Shown here piece by piece: positions 57,860 to 64,000 of a stretch of 64,000 nucleotides of DNA. Below the pieces are notes generated by a model. That model was not told where the DNA came from, did no database searches, and was given only the letters and a program-made list of their open reading frames with translations. Both the position numbers and the translations under genes were made by a program. Location: NCBI GenBank assembly GCA_963777505.1, contig CAVZQN010000004.1:1536001-1600000 (forward strand), in the 5' to 3' direction. The stretch is from an uncultured bacterium (GTDB lineage: Bacteria; Acidobacteriota; HRBIN11; JAKEFK01). Position 1 is the stretch's first letter. Each line of letters begins with the position of its first letter.

Positions 57860-58939
57860 ATGACAGACCTCTTAAAACGTTATGGCTGGAATCAATTCTT
57901 TGAACAGCAGTTTGCTTCTCTTGTTGATGAAGGCTTGATTCCAGGGCGTGTCATAGAACAACAACGAAATAGCTACACTTTGAAATCAGAGCAAGGCGAT
58001 TTATTGGCTCACATCGCAGGAAAAGTCAGGTATCATGCGCGCGGGATCGAAGATCTTCCCGCCGTTGGGGATTGGGTCGTTGCTCAACCAACTGGTGATG
58101 GCGCAGCGCGAATTGAACAGATATTAAAAAGACAAACCCAGTTTGTGCGAAAAGCTCCAGGCGAACGAACAGAACAGCAGGTACTCGCTGCAAATGTTGA
58201 CGCGGTATTTCTTGTCAGCGGACTGGATCAAGACTTTAATTTGCGCCGGATCGAACGGTATCTTGTTCTGGCAATTGAAAGCGGAGCGCGTCCGATTATT
58301 GTTTTGAACAAAGCCGACCTCTGTGAAAATATCCTAAACAAGATTGATGAAGTACGATCGATAGCGCCAGCAACCCCAATCGTTGCAATGAGCGCGCTAT
58401 ACGACGAAGGACTTGATGCATTTGAAAAAAATCTTCCGGAACGTTCTACCGCAGTTTTGCTTGGCTCTTCCGGTGTCGGAAAATCAACGATCATTAATCA
58501 TTTGATGGGACATGAAACGCAAACCACTCAAAGCGTTCGTGAAAGTGACAGCCGTGGACGCCATACAACAACACATCGCGAATTGATGATGCTTCAGTGG
58601 GGCGCAATGTTAATCGATACGCCTGGATTACGCGAACTTCAGCTTTGGGGTGAGGCTCAAAGTGTTCAGGATACTTTTCAGGATATTAGCGATATCGCGT
58701 CGTCTTGCAAGTTTTCCGATTGTGTTCATGAATCCGAACCAGGATGTGCCGTAAAAGCGGCTCTAAAGGAGGGTTCGCTGAATCAAGATCGTTATGATAG
58801 CTATGTAAAACTTCAACGTGAAATTTCATATTTGAAGCGGAAGGAAGATCCAAAAGAACAGCGAAATGAAAAAGAGCGCTGGAAGAAAATTCATCAGGCA
58901 AACAAACAATTCTACAAAACCCCCAAACATTCGAATTAA
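57860..58939 (+). CDS. rsgA: Ribosome small subunit-dependent GTPase A
   Basis: AVGDWV, NKADL, GSSGVGKST, GRHTTT, DTPG, CKFSDCVHESEPGC. Confidence 0.96.
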   Translation: MTDLLKRYGWNQFFEQQFASLVDEGLIPGRVIEQQRNSYTLKSEQGDLLAHIAGKVRYHARGIEDLPAVGDWVVAQPTGDGAARIEQILKRQTQFVRKAPGERTEQQVLAANVDAVFLVSGLDQDFNLRRIERYLVLAIESGARPIIVLNKADLCENILNKIDEVRSIAPATPIVAMSALYDEGLDAFEKNLPERSTAVLLGSSGVGKSTIINHLMGHETQTTQSVRESDSRGRHTTTHRELMMLQWGAMLIDTPGLRELQLWGEAQSVQDTFQDISDIASSCKFSDCVHESEPGCAVKAALKEGSLNQDRYDSYVKLQREISYLKRKEDPKEQRNEKERWKKIHQANKQFYKTPKHSN

Positions 58940-58947
58940 TGTTTTTT

Positions 58948-58966
58948 TTTACCGCAAAGACTCAGA
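58948..58966 (-). repeat. 9-mer-doublet junction repeat (family A)
   Basis: tttaccgcaaagactcaga, overlapping the nrnA stop. Confidence 0.6.
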
Positions 58967-59975
58967 TGACAAGTTCTGAAACGGGGAAGAGAGCAGGGGA
59001 GTTTTCTAGAACTTTAGTTACTGCCGATTCAACCGGCCCATTCATCAATATTCCTGATGCATGTTGATGTCCGCCACCGCCGAAACGTGCTGCAAATTTA
59101 TTTACATCAACATCACCTTTGGAACGCAAACTCACTTTGACTCGTCCATCAGGAAGTTCAAGAAACAGAAGTGACGCAAGAACATTTTTGATTCCACGTG
59201 CAATGTCAACGAATCCTTCAATCTCTTCCGGTTCTACGCCCGTTTTTGTCAGCATGTCTTGAGTAACGACAGCCCAGGCAAGGCGTCCTGTGTGCATATA
59301 TTCGAGATTGCACAACACCATTCCAAGGAGTTTTACACGCGCCGGCGAACATCGCTCATAAATTTGTTCGTAGATGTGAGCGGGATTGATCCCAGTTTGA
59401 AGTAACTGAGAGGCGGCAACATGAGTCCGGTGATTGGTGTTGGGAAACCGGAATGCTCCAGTATCCGTCAAGATCGAAGCATACAACGGCTCAGCTATAT
59501 CCGTCGTGAGTGGAGAATTCATTTCTGTAATCAGTTCAAGAACAAGTTCTCCTGAAGCACATGCGTCCTGGCAAATCCAGTTAATATCTGCAAAATCGCC
59601 GCAAAGCGGATGATGATCGATGCAAATCTTGAGTGCCGGATGATTTTGAATAACAGAATGCATCGGACCTAATCTTTCCCACTTACTGATATCCAGAATG
59701 AAAATCACTTGAGCTTTATCGATGATGGAAGTGTCATGAGGTTCGTACAAGAAAATTTCGGATGGTCTCTCCAGAAATTGATATTTCCGCGGAGTCCATG
59801 TGGAGTTAACGATACAGGCTTCTTTGCCAAGCCTTTTCAAGAAGCGCAGAAGACCGAGTTCGGATCCGATACCATCACCATCTGGATTTACGTGTGTGGT
59901 GATGATGAAGCGTTGATTTGCGTTAATGGCTTCTTTCGTTTTTGTAAAAGCGTCCATGTCTCGGAGGTTAAACAA
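58962..59975 (-). CDS. nrnA: DHH/DHHA1 oligoribonuclease / pAp phosphatase
   Basis: HVNPDGDGIGS, IDHH, TDTGAF, SLRS, GGGGHQHASG. Alternative ATG at 59957. Confidence 0.9.
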   Translation of the reverse strand: MFNLRDMDAFTKTKEAINANQRFIITTHVNPDGDGIGSELGLLRFLKRLGKEACIVNSTWTPRKYQFLERPSEIFLYEPHDTSIIDKAQVIFILDISKWERLGPMHSVIQNHPALKICIDHHPLCGDFADINWICQDACASGELVLELITEMNSPLTTDIAEPLYASILTDTGAFRFPNTNHRTHVAASQLLQTGINPAHIYEQIYERCSPARVKLLGMVLCNLEYMHTGRLAWAVVTQDMLTKTGVEPEEIEGFVDIARGIKNVLASLLFLELPDGRVKVSLRSKGDVDVNKFAARFGGGGHQHASGILMNGPVESAVTKVLENSPALFPVSELVI

Positions 59976-60917
59976 TCACAAAACTATTTCCAGCCCCTCA
60001 AAAGCTGCGATTGAATTTTGGAACATGCTCCTTGCGCGCTTTTCCATTTCCTGGATAGTCGCGTCATCATACATGGGATCGTAATGAAATAATGCTAATT
60101 GTTGAACTCTTGATTGTGTTGCTACATCGGCAGCCATGTCTACAGTGCTATGTCCATAACCCTGAACGTACGTTGAGCCTGTAATGTAATCATTCTGCAT
60201 ATATTGCGAATCATGAATGAGAAGTGTCGCTCCTTGCGCGAAATTGATTAATCTTTGATCCCCTCCAACATATCCTTCAGTGTCTGTTGCATAGACGACG
60301 CTCTTACCATTCATCTCAATGCGATAGACAAATACTCCGCCGTTTGGATGAGCCAGACTGTGCATCACTCTAATTCGAATTTTATAGATGCCTTTTGATT
60401 TGTCATCTCTGTAATAGTTCAGGACTTTCGGTGGATCATCATTGTTTTCAAAAACGATAATTTCTGATTCATTTACACTTCGAATCTTGCGGAATGATGG
60501 TAAATCTTCAAGTTGAACAGGAAAGTAAGGACTTACCATTGCTTTGCTTAACCCTTGTTCAAGTTCTTCTTCCAAAAGACGCGGGCCAAATAAATAGCAA
60601 GTACTGGTTGGAATGTACGCTGGTTTAAAAAATGCAAAGCCTTGAGTGTGGTCGTGGTGAGTGTGGCTGAAAAGAATTGTGAAAACAATTTTTTCGCGAT
60701 CGGATGTATTGCTGCCGCTAGCTAAATGATTCCGGGCGATCTCCTGACCGAGTCCGATAATTCCGGTGCCCGCATCAAGAATGATGAGATGTTTTCCGGC
60801 ATGAACTTCAACACAGGAAGTGTTGCCACCGAAGTGAACTGTATTGGGGCCAGGCATTGCATGACTACCGCGTACGCCGCGGAATTTAACTGCGAATCGA
60901 TCGCTGGCGTTTGCCAT
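59976..60917 (-). CDS. MBL-fold metallo-hydrolase
   Basis: GVRGS, GGNTSCV, DAGTG, SHTHHDH, ATDTE, GHST, LFHYDP. Confidence 0.9.
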   Translation of the reverse strand: MANASDRFAVKFRGVRGSHAMPGPNTVHFGGNTSCVEVHAGKHLIILDAGTGIIGLGQEIARNHLASGSNTSDREKIVFTILFSHTHHDHTQGFAFFKPAYIPTSTCYLFGPRLLEEELEQGLSKAMVSPYFPVQLEDLPSFRKIRSVNESEIIVFENNDDPPKVLNYYRDDKSKGIYKIRIRVMHSLAHPNGGVFVYRIEMNGKSVVYATDTEGYVGGDQRLINFAQGATLLIHDSQYMQNDYITGSTYVQGYGHSTVDMAADVATQSRVQQLALFHYDPMYDDATIQEMEKRARSMFQNSIAAFEGLEIVL

Positions 60918-60997
60918 GGCCGTCCCTCTCAATTATCCCCTTGGGCCTAAATAAGGCTCCAATGTTAGCAGAAGACAATAACCTCTGCAATAAATAA

Positions 60998-61726
60998 TCA
61001 ACCACTGTAACTGTCGAAGCGAGCGAGCCAGGCGCTCAGCCTTGAGAATTGGTTTGTCGCTACCAGCAGCCCAATTAAAATCAATAACACACCACTGGCT
61101 AATTCAATTCCACGATAATGCTTCTTAATAGCCTTAAACACATTCATAGCATAGTTCAAGGCTATTCCGGTTAAGAGAAAAGGTACACCGAGTCCCATTG
61201 AATAAACAGCGAGAAGTATGATCCCATCTGCCGTTGTTTTTTGATCTGCAGCAATTAAGAGAATCCCACTTAGAATTGGACCGATACAAGGGGTCCAGCC
61301 GAATGCAAATGCTGCACCGATTAAGACAGATCCTAGCATCCCCAAAGGTTTTTCTTTTACATGAACCCGTTTTTCATAATCCAGCCATTTGATTCGATAA
61401 ACCCCTGCAAGATGCAAACCCAACACAATGATTACGATGCCACCGATTACATTAATGTATGTTTTGTAAAGTACAAGATACTGTCCGATATAACTTGCTG
61501 TCGCGCCAAGAGTACAAAAAACAAGGCTGAATCCCAGGACAAATAACAGAGTATTGATGATGACTTTTCGTCCCGTCCCTTTTTCTTCGGTTTTGCCTCG
61601 CATTGCATCCAGCGATACACCCGAAATGTAGGAGAGATAAGCCGGTACCAATGGCAACACGCATGGTGAAATGAATGAGAGCAAACCGGCTGTGAAAGCT
61701 GTTATGAAATTTACTTGTTCAGTCAT
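60998..61726 (-). CDS. ccdA: Cytochrome c biogenesis protein CcdA
   Basis: AGLLSFISPCVLPLVPAY and FAFGWTPCIGPIL. Confidence 0.92.
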   Translation of the reverse strand: MTEQVNFITAFTAGLLSFISPCVLPLVPAYLSYISGVSLDAMRGKTEEKGTGRKVIINTLLFVLGFSLVFCTLGATASYIGQYLVLYKTYINVIGGIVIIVLGLHLAGVYRIKWLDYEKRVHVKEKPLGMLGSVLIGAAFAFGWTPCIGPILSGILLIAADQKTTADGIILLAVYSMGLGVPFLLTGIALNYAMNVFKAIKKHYRGIELASGVLLILIGLLVATNQFSRLSAWLARFDSYSG

Positions 61727-61740
61727 CTATGTGACTCTTC

Positions 61741-61842
61741 GAGGCCCGGTCCCGCGGATGCGGGGATCGGGGACCGGGCCTCAGTATTTCTTGCACTCGG
61801 AGGCCCGGCCTTACGCACCCTATCACCGCAAGGCCGGGCCTC
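61741..61842. repeat. Tandem pair of related GC-rich hairpins between pepA and ccdA
   Basis: gaggcccggtccc/gggaccgggcctc (61741-61782) and gaggcccggcctt/aaggccgggcctc (61800-61842). Confidence 0.8.
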
Positions 61843-61859
61843 ATTGTTAGCATCACGCA

Positions 61860-63329
61860 TCACGTTCTTCCAATATCGGACAAAAGGTGGAGAATGCATC
61901 GGACTCCGAACCCACTGGCTGCTTTGCTGTAGACACCCCATTCACGTTCTTGCCATGCAGGTCCAGCAATATCCAGATGTACCCATTTAGGATGATTGAT
62001 GAATTCTGATAAGAATAGAGCAGCCTGGATCGTTCCTGCTTCAGGTATACCGCTTGAGTTTCGAATGTCGGCAATATCGCTGCGGATTAAATCTCTATAA
62101 GGTTCGAACAGAGGAAGCGGACACATTGTTTCGCCGGAATTTTTTCCGGCGCGTACAACTTGTTGAACGAATGATTCATTATTGCCAATCACAGCAGCCA
62201 TTAATCTGCCGAGCCCCACTACCTGAGCGCCTGTTAACGTTGCAATATCAACTAAATAATCCGGCTTCAAAGTCTGGGCATAGGTCAAACCATCAGCAAG
62301 CGCCAGACGACCTTCGGCATCAGTGTTTGTGATTTCAATAGTCTTTCCGTTCATCGCACGGATAACGTCACCGGGGCGGTTTGCTCGTCCACCAGGCATA
62401 TTTTCCGTGACCATCATTAAAGCAGTCACAGTTAAAGGCAGCTTCAGTTCTGCCGCCGCTTGCACGCAGGCAAGTGCTGTGGCTGCGCCGGCCATGTCCG
62501 ACTTCATGTGCTCCATTCCTTTTTCTGTCTTCAAGGAAAGTCCACCCGAATCGAACGTGATCCCTTTTCCAATTAAGGCAACATGAGCTATAGACTTTTT
62601 GGGATGCTTGTAAGTTAAATGCACCATCCGGCCTTGCTGTGTGCTTCCTTTTCCAACTGAAAGGAATGCGTTAGCCCGCATCTTTTCTAATTCAGGAGCT
62701 TCAAAAACTTTGATCCGCAATTTATTCTTACGTGCAATTACTTCTGCGTTGCGTGCCAGTGTGGAAGGGTTCAAATGATCAGGAGGTTCATTGACATAGT
62801 CACGGACAAGCGAAACCGCGCGGCAATGCACTTCTGCGATTTGAATTGGATTGCCCTTCGCTTGAGTCGTGCAAATACTAACGGATTGAAGCTGTTTGTC
62901 TTTGTCAGGCTTTGATTTAAATCGAACATATTGATACCCCGCAAGTAAGCTCCCTTCAGCGATTGCCTGAACTTCTGAATCTTTTGAAGGATCAAATGCA
63001 ATTGTAAGTGAACTTAACCCTCGCAAAGCCGCTTGACGAGATGCGATATACGCTGCTTCCCGTAACATATCCGTTGACGGTTCGCCATTTGTTTTGACAG
63101 CCACACAAAGGACACGGGAAGGGCTATCAGATCCTGTATACAACAGCAAAGAATTCCGTTTCCGAACCGTAAAATGCGTCGATTCCAGCTCGCGCTTCAA
63201 GTATCCCTTTAAGAAGGCATTCAACTTTGAACCCGATTTTGTAAGTTCGTAGTTGTCTCGAACTAAAACAGCAATCGCATCCGCTTGAATATGAACAGGA
63301 TCATCCGTTACGTGTTTTATCTTCATCAT
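61860..63329 (-). CDS. pepA: Leucyl aminopeptidase (M17)
   Basis: GKGITFDSGG, MKSDMAG, NTDAEGRL, ATLTGA, HLDIAG. Confidence 0.95.
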   Translation of the reverse strand: MMKIKHVTDDPVHIQADAIAVLVRDNYELTKSGSKLNAFLKGYLKRELESTHFTVRKRNSLLLYTGSDSPSRVLCVAVKTNGEPSTDMLREAAYIASRQAALRGLSSLTIAFDPSKDSEVQAIAEGSLLAGYQYVRFKSKPDKDKQLQSVSICTTQAKGNPIQIAEVHCRAVSLVRDYVNEPPDHLNPSTLARNAEVIARKNKLRIKVFEAPELEKMRANAFLSVGKGSTQQGRMVHLTYKHPKKSIAHVALIGKGITFDSGGLSLKTEKGMEHMKSDMAGAATALACVQAAAELKLPLTVTALMMVTENMPGGRANRPGDVIRAMNGKTIEITNTDAEGRLALADGLTYAQTLKPDYLVDIATLTGAQVVGLGRLMAAVIGNNESFVQQVVRAGKNSGETMCPLPLFEPYRDLIRSDIADIRNSSGIPEAGTIQAALFLSEFINHPKWVHLDIAGPAWQEREWGVYSKAASGFGVRCILHLLSDIGRT

Positions 63330-63504
63330 CGCAAACTCACTATTATAAGGTCTTTATTTTCGATTTTTCATTTTTGTCTTCCATTTTTATGTAATCACTT
63401 GAGCCGACTTGATTTAGCGACATGTTCCTGATAGGATGGAAAGCTCCTTGAGGGCGAGGGATTGTAATCCCGATTAGAATTTAAATCGATTAGGGTAAGA
63501 CGGG

Positions 63505-64000
63505 ATGGCGCTTCGGCAATCGGATAAACTTCAATCATTAGAACATCAGGTTGAGCTTTTACAAGCTGAACTCCAGCAGTATAAAGAAGCAAATCAAATA
63601 TTACAGCAGCAATATAACACGCTCAAACTTCAAAATGAGCGGATGTTGAAAAAGGAGGCGGAACATCAAAACGCCAAATCACACCTCCTCCAGAAACGCA
63701 TTATCATGTCTCGTGCTATTGTGCTTGTGCCTGAAAATTTGGTGATAGGCGACCGTCTTGAAAATTGCACAATCAAGGTTTATCGCGGAACCAATGTTGT
63801 TTTAAGTGATACGGCTGAGCTTATTAACTGCCGTATTATTGGTTTGGATCATGCGTCAGATGGACGTACTGTTACGAATAGTAAAAATCAGGGGACAATC
63901 GAGATTAAAGGTGTTTTCTACAATATGACTCCTCGCAAGTTTGCGATTGCAACATCCGAACGCGTGGTTATTAGTCCTGGTGCTCGATTCGTCGGCAATA
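63505..64000 (+). CDS. Coiled-coil protein with beta-helix/bactofilin-like C-terminal region (partial, not in the ORF track)
   Basis: The frame from ATG 63505 is open to the window end: MALRQSDKLQSLEHQVELLQAELQQYKEANQ...GTIEIKGVF...ERVVISPGARFVGN. Confidence 0.65.
   Translation, partial: MALRQSDKLQSLEHQVELLQAELQQYKEANQILQQQYNTLKLQNERMLKKEAEHQNAKSHLLQKRIIMSRAIVLVPENLVIGDRLENCTIKVYRGTNVVLSDTAELINCRIIGLDHASDGRTVTNSKNQGTIEIKGVFYNMTPRKFAIATSERVVISPGARFVGN

Noticed and set aside
61715-62074. Short ORFs across the twin hairpins, and the many 60-175 aa antisense or overlapping ORFs in the track
   Set aside because: They are shadows of well-supported genes or of GC-rich palindromes, with no motifs or RBS.
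63400-63500. Possible structured RNA or operator (GGGATTGTAATCCC near-palindrome) between pepA and the last ORF
   Set aside because: It is a single short imperfect palindrome with no second copy or recognisable family, which is too weak to call.

Overview
This 64-kb window is gene-dense bacterial core chromosome, probably Acidobacteriota (inferred from an ADOP-type duplicated permease, several eukaryotic-like Ser/Thr kinases and the general gene content). It carries tamB, rplU-rpmA-obgE-nadD-rsfS-(AAA regulator)-rlmH, dksA/traR, a lapB-like gene, comF, tRNA-Gly(CCC), initiator tRNA-Met, metabolic genes (aldehyde dehydrogenase, cystathionine lyase/synthase, PGM/PMM, mtnP, clsB-ybhP pair, gcdH-hydratase-thiolase), a MerR-VIT/vWA-TPR/tandem-kinase cluster, pcm, a heme-porin plus cytochrome pair, rsgA, nrnA, ccdA and pepA. 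I saw no integrase, transposase, CRISPR array, rRNA or prophage. The most unusual signal is non-coding. Many gene junctions are occupied by one of at least six families of short repeats: a ~20-bp 9-mer doublet (~17 loci), 8-mer arms, three 7-mer types and GTAG-REPs. These form inverted-repeat cassettes, abut or nest in one another, overlap start and stop codons, and in one case show an 8-bp target-site-like duplication. One 7-mer cassette carries a four-helix-bundle (IVS/Avd-like) gene, and an empty sister cassette lies 1.6 kb away. Six genes/junctions show +1 frameshifts of the same sign, most likely sequencing error. All protein calls come from motif recognition by eye; no searches were run.
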